In this document: in pieces, positions 30,495 to 42,504 of the stretch
How the letters are laid out: each line of letters opens with the position of its first letter
Numbering within the stretch: position 1 is the stretch's first letter
Assembly (NCBI GenBank): GCA_035998575.1
Contig: DASYHM010000024.1
Location: 38,624-102,623, forward strand
Reading direction: 5' to 3'
DNA: 64,000 nucleotides
DNA from: Devosia sp.
Lineage (GTDB): Bacteria > Pseudomonadota > Alphaproteobacteria > Rhizobiales > Devosiaceae
Notes under the pieces: model-generated
Database searches by the model: none
Seen by the model: only the letters and a program-made list of their open reading frames with translations
What the model was told of the DNA's origin: nothing
Position numbers and translations under genes: made by a program

Positions 30495-31631
30495 ATGTTC
30501 GTGGACCAGACATCCCTCCTGCTGTCGCTAGGGTTTGCCGCCTTCGCGCTGTCCACCACCTTGTTCGTAACCTGGCTTGCCGCACGAACTGAATGGTTCA
30601 TCCTGGGCTGGGCGGCCGGAGCCGGCGTCCTTGTGGCCGGGTTCGCGGGATTCTCGATCTACGCCGTCACCAGCATCTACCTTCTGCTTTGGATGTCCAA
30701 CATGCTGCTGACGGGCGGCTTCGTCATCTTCTACGGAGCGGCGTGCCTGTTCACCGAGAAATCCTTGCCTGGGCCACGGGTCGCCCTGGTCGGCGGGGCG
30801 GCTTTGACTGCGATCACCCTGCCATTCATGGTCGGCTTCGATGCGCTTGGGGCGATGGTCGGCAATCTGATCAATGCGCTGATATTGACTTCGACGGCGC
30901 TGAAGTTCTGGGAGGGCAGGCAGGAGGCGCCGCTCTGGGTCTCCGGCATTGCAGGCTTGTATGCCCTGACGGCGCTCTCCTTTTTGCCTTGTGCGATCAT
31001 GATCTTCATCAAGGGCCCGCTGGTCCTCGATGCTCCTCCCAGCGGCTGGGCAGAAGACCTCAACTCCATCACCGGCTTAATCGGCCTCACGGGAATCGGC
31101 GCGCTCTCGCTTGCTGTCAATCAGGCCCGCGTTGCGCGTCAGCATAGGGAGCAGGCCAACACGGACCCTTTGACCGGCCTTCTGAACAGGCGAGCACTGT
31201 TCGACCTTCTTGATGACGCGCCGATAGAGTCGGCCACAGCAGTCCTGGTGTTCGACCTGGACCAGTTCAAGGCCATCAACGACAGGCATGGGCATGCCGC
31301 GGGGGACGAGGCCTTGCGGCGGTTCTCCGAGGTTCTCCGCAGAACCATCCCCACTGCCGGTCTGACTGCGCGCATGGGCGGTGAAGAATTCGTCGCTGTA
31401 TTGCCTGGCGCGGGCGAGCAGCAGGCCATCCACGCTGCTGAGTCCATTCGTTCAGGGTTCGCCTGCGAAGTTCTTCAGGGGCCGCGTGGCGCTTTCCGCG
31501 GCACGGTCAGCGTGGGCCTGGCCACACCGGCCTGGCAGAAGGATACGTTCCACGACCTGCTGAAAAGGGCTGATGATGCGCTGTATGCCGCCAAGGGGCG
31601 AGGACGCAATCAGGTCGTTTCTGCCGGTTGA
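30495..31631 (+). CDS. Membrane-bound diguanylate cyclase
   Basis: Hydrophobic N-domain; TDPLTGLLNRR, FKAIND, GGEEF, ADDALYAAK. Confidence 0.93.
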   Translation: MFVDQTSLLLSLGFAAFALSTTLFVTWLAARTEWFILGWAAGAGVLVAGFAGFSIYAVTSIYLLLWMSNMLLTGGFVIFYGAACLFTEKSLPGPRVALVGGAALTAITLPFMVGFDALGAMVGNLINALILTSTALKFWEGRQEAPLWVSGIAGLYALTALSFLPCAIMIFIKGPLVLDAPPSGWAEDLNSITGLIGLTGIGALSLAVNQARVARQHREQANTDPLTGLLNRRALFDLLDDAPIESATAVLVFDLDQFKAINDRHGHAAGDEALRRFSEVLRRTIPTAGLTARMGGEEFVAVLPGAGEQQAIHAAESIRSGFACEVLQGPRGAFRGTVSVGLATPAWQKDTFHDLLKRADDALYAAKGRGRNQVVSAG

Positions 31632-31727
31632 AGGCCCCCTCCGCTTCTCCTCTTGTGGATCGGTGCCGTGGCCGAGCCCTGCGCCGCAGGCAGTGGAGTT
31701 GAGCTAATCGGGCAACTGTGAAGCCGG

Positions 31728-32588
31728 CTATTGTCCCTGCGCCAGTGCCCGCAAGGCAACGCGGTGGGCGATGCTCCGCACCGCCAGTCCGAGGGAGCGC
31801 ATGAGTTCCCCGTCGGCGCCGTATTCGGAAGGCGCCAGGTTCTCGACCCGCCTGTCCGGGGCCACGCGCTCGGCGCTCTGCCATTCCTCGGAATCTTTCC
31901 CCTTGTAGACGGCGAGCGCAATGCCACCCCGACTGTTGAGGAACCGGAAGACGCCCATGTCACTGGTGCCGTCCCCGACATAGACTACCTGGTCCAGCGG
32001 AACGTGCCACTGTTCGTCCGGCAGGTCGCGATAGACCTCGGACGGCGCGTTCGGCCCGGCAGGATCGAGGCCCTTGCACAGAGCCAGTATGTATCGAACC
32101 TTCTCGGGATGGGTGACGATCAGCTTGGGAAAGCTGACAGTCCCGTCATCGGTGAAGTGCAATTGCGTGGCCCAGATGGCCTTGAACTCGGTTGCAATCG
32201 TGGTGTGAGCGATGATGTCGCGCAGACCCGAGCTCACGATGTAGAATTCGAGCTCCACGCCCGGTCTCACTTGCTGAGCCACGTGTCGCAGTTCCCCGAA
32301 GAGATCCGGCACCCCATCGAACAGCCTCAGGTCGTGTCCGACCTGAGCCATGAGATCACGCGTGATCGAGACATCGTTCTCGCCTGCCAATTGAACCAGG
32401 CCGAAAACCTTAGCCAGGATTTCCTCCCAGCCCTTGCGCTGCAGGGGCGCGACGAGATCGGCCTTCCACTTGTCGGGCTCTTGCTCGCACCGCTGCAGCA
32501 GGGCGTCGAACGTGCCTGGCGCCAGCGTAAGGTCGAAATCGAAAACGACTGCGATCCGATCATGCAAATGTTGTGTGGCTGTGGTCAT
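31728..32588 (-). CDS. HAD family hydrolase
   Basis: VFDFDLTL, IVSSG, VGDGTSD. Confidence 0.85.
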   Translation of the reverse strand: MTTATQHLHDRIAVVFDFDLTLAPGTFDALLQRCEQEPDKWKADLVAPLQRKGWEEILAKVFGLVQLAGENDVSITRDLMAQVGHDLRLFDGVPDLFGELRHVAQQVRPGVELEFYIVSSGLRDIIAHTTIATEFKAIWATQLHFTDDGTVSFPKLIVTHPEKVRYILALCKGLDPAGPNAPSEVYRDLPDEQWHVPLDQVVYVGDGTSDMGVFRFLNSRGGIALAVYKGKDSEEWQSAERVAPDRRVENLAPSEYGADGELMRSLGLAVRSIAHRVALRALAQGQ

Positions 32589-32965
32589 GGGGCTCGCCTT
32601 GGAATGTTCCATCAGGTTCTGAGCTGGCAGCTTCCTCGAAAAAAATCTTGAACCGCTGCTGGCTCGCGACATGTTTCACTCGAGCACGCCAACGCTCTCC
32701 CGGATCCAAAGATCCTGTACGCTGCACAGTTGCGCCACCCGACAACCGTCAACGCCGATTTCACAGCGCACGCGTTTGCAGCCGAAAGGAGTCTGGGGCT
32801 GAAGGAGCGACAGTTCAAGGTTCCCTGCCTTGTCCTCGTCTCGTCCGATTGCGTTGGGGACGGTCTCGTGCTCATTGACCAGAAGCGGGATTTTTCCGGG
32901 GCAGGGGCCTGAAGATATAGATGACGCGCAACGGTTACGGGCGCTGGTAGATCAAGGATATCACC

Positions 32966-34708
<1,743 letters not shown>

Positions 34709-34720
34709 TACGAGAACCCC

Positions 34721-35620
34721 ATGCCCCTCACGCTCGACCAAGCCCTTGCAGGCATCTCCGGCATTCTGGTGACGCCCTATGACGAGCACGGGGACATTGC
34801 GCCGCACCGGCTCAAGCCCATCGTCGGCCGGGCATTGGCGGCCGGCATGCACATGCCGGTGGTCAATGGCAATACCGGCGAATTCTATGCGCTGACGACC
34901 GAGGAAGCTTGCACCATGGTGCGCGAAGTGGTGGCGCTGGTGGACGGACGGGCGCCGGTGCTCGGCGGGATCGGGCGCGGTGTGCGCGATGCCTGCACGC
35001 TCGCCAGGGCTTCTGCCCAGGCGGGTGCTACGGCCTTGATGGTGCACCAGCCGCCGGACCCCTTCGTCTCGCCGCGCGGTATCCTCGACTATCTCAAGGC
35101 CGTGATCGATGCGTCCGATGGGCTGCCCACCATGCTCTACCTGCGCAACGATGCCATCGGCACCAAGGCCATCGAGGCGCTCTGCGCCCTGCCGGAAGTG
35201 AAAGGCGTGAAATGGGCAACGCCGAACCCGCTCAGGCTCGCGGAAGCCAAGGCAGCCTGCGATCCCGATATCGTTTGGGTCGGCGGGCTCGCCGAGATAT
35301 GGGCGCCGGCGTTCTATGCAGTGGGTGCTCGGGGCTTCACCTCGGGCCTGATCAATGTCTGGCCGGAGCGATCCGTGGCCATCCACGCTGCACTCGAGGC
35401 GGGAAAATACCAGGAGGCCAATTTGCTCATCGCCGGCATGCGTGCCTTTGAGGAAATTCGTGCGGAGGAAATGAACGGGGCTAATGTCACCGGTGTCAAA
35501 GCGGCCTTAAGCGTCTTGGGCCGCGACTGCGGTCCGACGCGACCTCCGTCCGCCTGGCCGTTGACCGCAGCGCAGCAGGCGAAACTGCAGGCGTTTATCA
35601 CGCAGAACCATCTTACCTGA
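34721..35620 (+). CDS. DHDPS/NAL family aldolase or dehydratase
   Basis: VTPY, GNTGEF, Tyr in MLYLR, Schiff-base Lys in GVKWA. Confidence 0.88.
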   Translation: MPLTLDQALAGISGILVTPYDEHGDIAPHRLKPIVGRALAAGMHMPVVNGNTGEFYALTTEEACTMVREVVALVDGRAPVLGGIGRGVRDACTLARASAQAGATALMVHQPPDPFVSPRGILDYLKAVIDASDGLPTMLYLRNDAIGTKAIEALCALPEVKGVKWATPNPLRLAEAKAACDPDIVWVGGLAEIWAPAFYAVGARGFTSGLINVWPERSVAIHAALEAGKYQEANLLIAGMRAFEEIRAEEMNGANVTGVKAALSVLGRDCGPTRPPSAWPLTAAQQAKLQAFITQNHLT

Positions 35621-35635
35621 TCAAGGAGACGCGTT

Positions 35636-36346
35636 ATGGACGAGACCCTGCGCGCAAAGTTCATGGGCGTTTCAGTCGCCACCCTTGCCACGGTGCTGTT
35701 CAAGCGCGGCCTGCGCAACCAGGTGATCCAGGGCGTCAATCCAGTCAGGGCCAAGGGCGTCAACATGGTTGGGCCCGCCTATACGTTGCGCTATATTCCC
35801 GCCCGCGAGGATCGCAATCAGCTCAGCGAATTTCGCAATCCGGAGCACCCGCAGCGCGTTGCAGTCGAGCAATGCCCGGCCGGGCACGTGCTGGTCATGG
35901 ATAGCCGCAAGGATCCGCGGGCCGCATCGGCCGGGGACATTCTGGTGACACGACTGATGGTGCGTGGCGTGGCTGGCGTGGTCACCGATGGCGGTTTCCG
36001 CGATGCGGCCGCGATCGGCAATCTCGACATACCTGCCTACCACTCGCGGCCTTCCAGCCCCACAAATCTGACCCTGCACGAAGCGCTGGACCTCAACGTT
36101 CCCATCGGCTGCGGCGACGTAGCCGTCTTTCCGGGGGACATTCTGGTGGGCGACGACGACTGCGTCATCGTCGTACCGCAAGCCATTGCCGAAGAGGTCG
36201 CCGCAGAAGCCGTTGAAATGACCGCGTATGAAGATTTCGTGGTTGAACAGGTCAGATCCGGCACGCCGGTTATCGGCCTTTATCCCAGGACCGATGATCG
36301 CTTTACCGAAGAATTCGCTCAATGGCGTCGGCAGAATGGTCGTTAG
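35636..36346 (+). CDS. RraA-like/HMG aldolase family protein
   Basis: GPAYTLRY, AGDIL, VTDGGFRD, VFPGDILVGDDD. Confidence 0.88.
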   Translation: MDETLRAKFMGVSVATLATVLFKRGLRNQVIQGVNPVRAKGVNMVGPAYTLRYIPAREDRNQLSEFRNPEHPQRVAVEQCPAGHVLVMDSRKDPRAASAGDILVTRLMVRGVAGVVTDGGFRDAAAIGNLDIPAYHSRPSSPTNLTLHEALDLNVPIGCGDVAVFPGDILVGDDDCVIVVPQAIAEEVAAEAVEMTAYEDFVVEQVRSGTPVIGLYPRTDDRFTEEFAQWRRQNGR

Positions 36347-36355
36347 GGCCGATCC

Positions 36356-36380
36356 GGAACCCCTCGGCAACTGCAGCATT
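36356..36380 (+). promoter_or_regulatory. EcfG-like promoter
   Basis: GGAAC-N16-CATT upstream of the P450. Confidence 0.45.
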
Positions 36381-36461
36381 GGCTATGAAAGCTGCAGATC
36401 GCGGGGAAGGGGTGGCGCTGACGGCCAACATCACCTTTCCTGCTAATGGGTGGGGAGTTTC

Positions 36462-37838
36462 ATGGGATCGGGATCGGCCAGGACCTTTAGTTCTCCGCAT
36501 GCCGTCTCCCGAGCCACCCTGGCCGACACGATGGCCGTCCTGAAGGATGTGGTGCTTCCGACACTGGCGAAGGGGCCTTTGATCAGGCGCCGGAAGGTTG
36601 TCGGTTTCGCTGAACGCGCTCATATCGATGACAATGCGGTGCTGCGGATGCAGGCACTGCGCCGCAAATATGGCCCTGGCCCGCTGCTGCTAAAAATACC
36701 GTTCCGGCCACAAGCTGTGCTGCTCTCGCGCGAAGACGTGACGGCGGTGCTTGAAGCCTCGCCCGAGCCGTTCAAGGCAGCAAGCCTTGAGAAAAAGGCG
36801 GCGCTTGGGCATTTCGAACCCTCCGTGGTCCTGGCCTCTCACGGCCCCGAACGCCGCATCAGACGCGAGCTCAATGAGCAGACGCTTGAAACCGGCTGCG
36901 AGATGCACTCCCTCGCCGGGCAGTTGTCGGCGGTCATCGCCGAAGAAATGGATGCCATCGCCGGGAGAGCCTTGAGCCAAGGCGTGCTGGACTGGGATAC
37001 CTTCTTCACAGGCTGGTTCCGCATGGTGCGGCGCATCGTTCTGGGTGACCCAGCGAGAGACGATGTCGCGCTCACCGACAGGCTCCAGGACCTGCGCTAT
37101 CGCGCCAACTACGCGTTTCTGCGGCCCAAGGATCGCTCAATGCGCAAGGAGGTCCTGCAGCGCCTCTATGCCTATGTCGAGCGCGCCGAACCTGGCAGTC
37201 TGGCCGCGCGCATGGCCTCTGCCTGTGCGCAGCCGGACCAGAAGCCCCATCATCAATTACCGCAATACCTTTTCGCTTTCGATCCTGGCGCAATGGCGAG
37301 CTTCAGGACACTGGCGCTGCTCTCGGTCCATCCGGACGATGCGGCGCGTGTGCGCGGGGAACTGGGCGAAACCGCGAAACAAGCCGCTCCGCGGCTCCCG
37401 TTCCTCAAGGCCTGCTATCTTGAGGCGTTGCGCCTGTGGCCGACCACCCCGGCCATCCTGCGCGAGACGACTGAGCGCGTGGAATGGCGGGAAGGGCATC
37501 TGGACGCCTCGACCCACGTCATCATCTTCGCTCCGTTTTTCCACCGGGACGACGAGACCCTGGCCGACGCCCACACTTTCAATCCGGGCCTGTGGACCGA
37601 GAGCATCTCGCGACCCGATCTGGCCTTGGTGCCGTTCAGTCACGGGCCGGTCGTCTGCCCCGCCGCGCATTTCGTTCCCATGGTCGCAACCCTGGCACTG
37701 CGTCGACTGCTTACACAGATGAACCTGAGCCTGGATCGATCAGACCGGTTGCCAGCGCATCGACTGCCCGGAACCCTCGACAACTACACGCTCAGCTTCT
37801 CAGCCGCTGCTGCACCTGCCCTGAGCGCAGCCCCATGA
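36462..37838 (+). CDS. Cytochrome P450 (divergent)
   Basis: EALRLWP (ExxR), FNPGLW, PFSHGPVVCP heme Cys. Confidence 0.85.
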   Translation: MGSGSARTFSSPHAVSRATLADTMAVLKDVVLPTLAKGPLIRRRKVVGFAERAHIDDNAVLRMQALRRKYGPGPLLLKIPFRPQAVLLSREDVTAVLEASPEPFKAASLEKKAALGHFEPSVVLASHGPERRIRRELNEQTLETGCEMHSLAGQLSAVIAEEMDAIAGRALSQGVLDWDTFFTGWFRMVRRIVLGDPARDDVALTDRLQDLRYRANYAFLRPKDRSMRKEVLQRLYAYVERAEPGSLAARMASACAQPDQKPHHQLPQYLFAFDPGAMASFRTLALLSVHPDDAARVRGELGETAKQAAPRLPFLKACYLEALRLWPTTPAILRETTERVEWREGHLDASTHVIIFAPFFHRDDETLADAHTFNPGLWTESISRPDLALVPFSHGPVVCPAAHFVPMVATLALRRLLTQMNLSLDRSDRLPAHRLPGTLDNYTLSFSAAAAPALSAAP

Positions 37839-37964
37839 TCGTGCAACTATCCTGGGTTAGCAGCGGCTGCTGACGGCGCAAGTGGCGCTTGGCGCGGCAA
37901 GCAGCAACCACCTGATTCAACACCGTTTTCAGCAGCTGCGGATGCTCTCCCGGGGTTTTGTGTA

Positions 37965-37989
37965 GCAACGCGTCCTATGGAGCCTCGTT
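37965..37989 (+). promoter_or_regulatory. EcfG-like promoter
   Basis: GCAAC-N16-CGTT upstream of 38053. Confidence 0.55.
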
Positions 37990-38052
37990 GGCATCTGTGG
38001 AAGAGGCCGGCAGGAGGCCGACCTCACGAAGGCATCTGGAAGGACATTACCT

Positions 38053-38805
38053 ATGATCAAGCGCAACAACAGACTTCTCGTCGCCCTAGGCCTGACCGCT
38101 CTGATGGGCAGCGCTGCAACGGCGCCGATCCTCGCCCAGGACACCACCAACACCGATGCGACGGCCCAGACCGATAGCACCGATGCCGCCGCGGACAGCG
38201 ATGCCGATCAGGCGGCCGCCGCAGATACCGTGGTTGCTGAAGTCGATGGCACGCAGATCCTGCTGTCGGACGTGCAGACGATGATCACATCCCTGCCGCC
38301 GCAGCTGTCGCAGCTCCCGCCGGAAATGGTGCTCTCGCTGGCTCTCGATCAGCTGGTGACAATGGAGCTGATTCTCGCCGAGGCACGCTCCAGCGGCCTT
38401 GAGACCGACCCTGAGGTGCTGGGCATAGTAGAGGCCATGGACGAGCGGTTCATGGACCAGGCCCTGGTGCAGGTCTGGCTTTCCCGCCAGCTTCAACTCA
38501 CCGACCAGCAGCTGCAGGATGCTTTCGCGATTTACCAGGAGGCTAATCCCGATACCGAGCTGACCTTCGAGCAGGCTCGGCCGCAACTCGAACAGGCGGT
38601 GCGGCAGCAGCTGGCGACAGAATTGGCAGCGACCCTGCGGCAGGGTGCGGATATCATCTATTTCGACGCAACCGGCAACCCGGTGCAACAGCAGAATGGC
38701 GCCGGCGCCCGGTCGGGCGAGAGCGACCAGAACGGCTCTGCTATGAGCACCGACGAAGAGCCCACCGACGCGGAGGGCGAAGAGAGCACCGAGTCGACAC
38801 AGTAA
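38053..38805 (+). CDS. Exported SurA/PrsA chaperone-domain-like protein without a parvulin domain
   Basis: Signal peptide, VVAEVDGTQI, LDQLV..LILAEA, TFEQARPQL. Confidence 0.7.
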   Translation: MIKRNNRLLVALGLTALMGSAATAPILAQDTTNTDATAQTDSTDAAADSDADQAAAADTVVAEVDGTQILLSDVQTMITSLPPQLSQLPPEMVLSLALDQLVTMELILAEARSSGLETDPEVLGIVEAMDERFMDQALVQVWLSRQLQLTDQQLQDAFAIYQEANPDTELTFEQARPQLEQAVRQQLATELAATLRQGADIIYFDATGNPVQQQNGAGARSGESDQNGSAMSTDEEPTDAEGEESTESTQ

Positions 38806-38954
38806 CGATCGCCTCGGGCGGCGGCTCCAGCCGCCGCCTGTCCCTTCACCGCAGCGTCAGGCGTGCCTAAAGCGACCGCCGCTTGCTTGGACCTTGTGGG
38901 CCCGTGAGGAAGAGCGCAGGCGCTTCAGCCAGGCTGCCAGCAAGGAACAGCACC

Positions 38955-39854
38955 ATGAATCACTCCGTTCCGGCCATTGCCGCCCTCATCGCGATGCTCG
39001 TATCGCCAACGCCGAGCCCGGCGGCCGAGAAAGGCGGCTTCGGTCCTTTGCGGCCTGCTGATGATATGCCGGCGGAAGATTTTCTTGCGCCTGCCGTGCC
39101 TCCAGAGCGCCACTTGCGCATAATCGAGCCTGAGCTTCGGGCGGGTCAGGAGGTAGGGTGGCCACGAGATTTCACGGCCGGTCGGTCCGAGGGACAAGTG
39201 GTCGGTGAAGATCAATCGGGCGCCGGGGCCGAGGATGACAAATTCACCGAATGGGATGCCGATCCTTCCCGCTACCTCACGCGGGATGAGCTTGGAACCG
39301 GCCTGCTGTCCATCCACGGTGAGGAGGCCATCGCTGATGCCGACGACATCGCCGCCGGCCTGGTGCCGGTGGGCGAGATCATGCCGATCCAGATCTGGAT
39401 CGAGGACCGCGTCTACGAGACGGGGGTGAGCGCCCGCAACATCATTGCGGGTCTGCCGGTGCATGGCCTCGACGGGGTGGCGATCGGCTCGACTGAAGAT
39501 CTCCTTGTCGGCGCCGACGGAAAGGTGCTGGCGCTGGTGGCAACCATCGGCGGGTTCTGGGACATGGGGGGAACCGAGGTACGTGTCCCCTGGTATATGG
39601 TGGAAGTGGGAACGGCTCGCGTCACGGTTCCCTTCACCGAGGTCAGCATCGCCGGCATCAAGCGGGTGCAGGGTGGTTCCGATGCCTGGCGCATCACCAG
39701 CCTCATTGGCAAGGTGGTGCGACTTCAGGATGCAGATATCGACGCACCATTCGCCTATGCACAGGACGTCCTGGTCCAGGATGGCAGGCTCGCCGCGATG
39801 GCAGTTTCCATCACCCGCCCCGATCTGGAGATGTCCCCGCCTTGGCGCGAATAG
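38955..39854 (+). CDS. Exported PRC-barrel domain protein
   Basis: GLPVHG..IGSTEDLLVG..GGFWDMG..VRVPW; second partial barrel. Confidence 0.7.
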   Translation: MNHSVPAIAALIAMLVSPTPSPAAEKGGFGPLRPADDMPAEDFLAPAVPPERHLRIIEPELRAGQEVGWPRDFTAGRSEGQVVGEDQSGAGAEDDKFTEWDADPSRYLTRDELGTGLLSIHGEEAIADADDIAAGLVPVGEIMPIQIWIEDRVYETGVSARNIIAGLPVHGLDGVAIGSTEDLLVGADGKVLALVATIGGFWDMGGTEVRVPWYMVEVGTARVTVPFTEVSIAGIKRVQGGSDAWRITSLIGKVVRLQDADIDAPFAYAQDVLVQDGRLAAMAVSITRPDLEMSPPWRE

Positions 39855-39884
39855 CTACGAACCGATCGATGTTGACAAGGAGGC

Positions 39885-40658
39885 ATGATGTCCGACGTTC
39901 CTACTCCGTCCGAGGCCTTCCAGCATGCAGCGGAGGAGGGTGAGCGGCGGCTCGACCAATCTCTTCTCGAACTGCTGTCCACCGGGTTCATAGCGGGCTT
40001 CACCATCATCTTCGGCGTTGTTGGACTGGGGCTCGTGCATGGAACGTTCGGCGAGGGTTCGAGTGCAGCCAGTGACCTGGCAGGAGCACTCGCTTTCGCC
40101 CTGGGTGTGGTCTTCCTGGTTGTCGGTCGGGCTGAATTGTTCTCGGAAAACTTCTTCAATCCAATTGCAGCCCTGGTCCAGAAACGACCATCCGGCGGTG
40201 TGGGAAAGCTGATCCGCCTGTGGACCATTACCTTGGCGTTGAACCTGCTCGGTGGCGCACTTTTCGCGCTGGTATTCGCTGTCGACGGGGTGTTGCCCAC
40301 GGCGGCGCAGGACGCACTTACGGGCTTTGCGGAGGAGATAGCCAGGCGCGACGGGATGGCTCACCTGTTCAAGGGAATAGCCGGTGGAGCGCTCGTCACC
40401 CTCCTATCGTTTCTCCTGGCAGCCAGCACCAGTCAGGGGAGCCGCATTGCCTTGGCTTTCATGACCGGCTTTCTGCTGGAACTGGGGCCGTTCGACCACG
40501 TCGTGGTCACTGGCCTTCACCTCGTCGTCGGCATGCTGATGGGGGCAGATGTGGGGAGCTTGGCCTTCGCTCAAAGCCTGATGCTGGTAACGGCGGGCAA
40601 CCTCATCGGTGGGCTTGGCTTGGTCACCATGACGCATATTGCCCAAGCCAAGGGGTAA
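39885..40658 (+). CDS. Formate/nitrite transporter family protein
   Basis: AELFSENF, NLLGG, FDHVV, GNLIGG; AAGGAGG RBS. Confidence 0.88.
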   Translation: MMSDVPTPSEAFQHAAEEGERRLDQSLLELLSTGFIAGFTIIFGVVGLGLVHGTFGEGSSAASDLAGALAFALGVVFLVVGRAELFSENFFNPIAALVQKRPSGGVGKLIRLWTITLALNLLGGALFALVFAVDGVLPTAAQDALTGFAEEIARRDGMAHLFKGIAGGALVTLLSFLLAASTSQGSRIALAFMTGFLLELGPFDHVVVTGLHLVVGMLMGADVGSLAFAQSLMLVTAGNLIGGLGLVTMTHIAQAKG

Positions 40659-40695
40659 GACTGCCTCGGCTGCGACAGGCCGAACTGGCCCAATC

Positions 40696-40720
40696 GGAAC
40701 AGCAACCGCATGAAATCATT
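40696..40720 (+). promoter_or_regulatory. EcfG-like promoter
   Basis: GGAAC-N16-CATT upstream of the Na/Pi cotransporter. Confidence 0.45.
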
Positions 40721-40777
40721 CGACAGAAGGGCCAGCAGGCGTACAATGCTCGTTCCACCAGCCTGCGGAAAAGGAAT

Positions 40778-42451
40778 ATGCATTCCACGATACAGTTGAT
40801 CGACCTGCTCGGCGCCGGAGCCCTGTTGCTCTGGGGCCTGCGGATGATCAAGACCGGCGTCATGCGCGCTTTCGGGGCCTCGCTGCGCCAGTGGATTGCC
40901 AAGGGTACCGGCAACCGTTTCGCTGCCGTACTCTCCGGCATGATGGCGACGCTCGCCCTGCAGTCCAGCACGGCCACGGCGGTCATCACCGCGTCCTTCG
41001 CCTCGAGCGGCGCAATCAATCCGCGCATGGCACAGGCGGTCATGCTGGGCGCCAATGTCGGCACCTCGATCGCCGCTGTCATCCTTTCGCTCGACGTGCA
41101 CTGGTTCGGTGCCGCCTTGATCCTGGCCGGGGTCGTGGTGTTCTCACTCAGCAGTCATGGTCGCGGCAAGGGCCTTGGCCGCGCCATCCTCGGCCTCGGC
41201 CTCATGCTTTTGGCACTGCAACTGGTTGGCGAGGTCACGGGTCCGCTGCGCCAATCCGAAGTCATGATCGCCATCCTGACCGGGTTAAGCGATGCGCCAG
41301 CCTTCGCTCTGATCCTGGCGGCGCTGCTGGCACTGGCCTCCTCGTCGAGCCTGGCCGTTGTGCTGTTCGTCGCCCTCCTGGCGTCCGCCGGTATCGTGTC
41401 GGCGCCACTGGCACTGACACTGGTGGCCGGCGCCAACCTGGGCGGCGCCATTCCGCCACTGCTGGCGGTGCTTCGGGACGGGGTCGAGGCGAGGCGGCTG
41501 ACGCTGGCCAACCTGCTGGTTCGAACCATCGGTGCCGTCGCGCTGACGGCCTTCGCCGGCCCGGCTGCTGGCCTGCTGCAGGCCGTGCTGCCAGATACCG
41601 ACACGCTGACCATTGCGGCCCATATCGGTTTCAACCTGCTCCTGCTGGTGCTTTTCCTGCCGTTGCTGGCGCCCGTCGGCAAGCTGGCAGCTTTGGCGAT
41701 TCCGCAGTCCGCCGACCCGGAAAAGGGTGCCAACTATCTCGATGAGAGCGTGCTCGATACGCCCACCATCGCCCTTGCCGCTGCTTCCCGGGAGACGCTG
41801 CGCGTCAGCGATATCGTATTGCGGATGCTGGAGGGCAGCCTCGAAGCCCTGCGTAAGCCGGGACCGGGTACGCGCAGTACGGTGTCGCTGCTCGATGACG
41901 ACGTCGACACCCTGCATCAGGCCATCAAGCTCTACCTGACCCGCCTGGACCAGACCGAACTCGACAAGGGCGATGCCACGCGGTCCAGCCAGATCATGAG
42001 CTTCGCCATCAACCTTGAACATGTTGGGGACATCGTCGAAGGGGGGCTCTGTGACGTCGCGGCCAAGATCGCCAAGCGTCAGCTGCAGTTCTCGCCCGAG
42101 GGGCTGGCCGAGATTATCGAGCTGTACGAGAGAACCATCCTCAACATGCAGTTGAGCCAGACCATTTTCATGACTGGCGATCCTCAGTTGGCTCGACAGC
42201 TCGTGGCGGCCAAGGTCGAAATTCGCCGGCTCGAGGCGCGTTCGGCCAAGGCACATATCCAGCGCGTCCGTGAGCGGGTGCCCGCTTCGGTGCAGACCAG
42301 TTCACTGCATCTCGACATCCTGCGCGACCTCAAGCGCATCAATGCTCACCTTGCCTCGGTCGCCTATCCCATTCTTGAGACCAAGGGCGAACTCGACGAG
42401 AGCCGTCTCCGCCCTGAAGTCGCACTACAGCCCAGGCCTGCCTCGGAATAG
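40778..42451 (+). CDS. Na+/Pi cotransporter with PhoU-like C-terminus
   Basis: LQSSTAT, GANVGT, GANLG, NLEHVGD, LHLDILRDLKRIN. Confidence 0.92.
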   Translation: MHSTIQLIDLLGAGALLLWGLRMIKTGVMRAFGASLRQWIAKGTGNRFAAVLSGMMATLALQSSTATAVITASFASSGAINPRMAQAVMLGANVGTSIAAVILSLDVHWFGAALILAGVVVFSLSSHGRGKGLGRAILGLGLMLLALQLVGEVTGPLRQSEVMIAILTGLSDAPAFALILAALLALASSSSLAVVLFVALLASAGIVSAPLALTLVAGANLGGAIPPLLAVLRDGVEARRLTLANLLVRTIGAVALTAFAGPAAGLLQAVLPDTDTLTIAAHIGFNLLLLVLFLPLLAPVGKLAALAIPQSADPEKGANYLDESVLDTPTIALAAASRETLRVSDIVLRMLEGSLEALRKPGPGTRSTVSLLDDDVDTLHQAIKLYLTRLDQTELDKGDATRSSQIMSFAINLEHVGDIVEGGLCDVAAKIAKRQLQFSPEGLAEIIELYERTILNMQLSQTIFMTGDPQLARQLVAAKVEIRRLEARSAKAHIQRVRERVPASVQTSSLHLDILRDLKRINAHLASVAYPILETKGELDESRLRPEVALQPRPASE

Positions 42452-42504
42452 CGGCCGCAGTGGGACGCTCTCCGGCCCGCAAGCGCTCGGGGCGCGTCCC
42501 GGCT

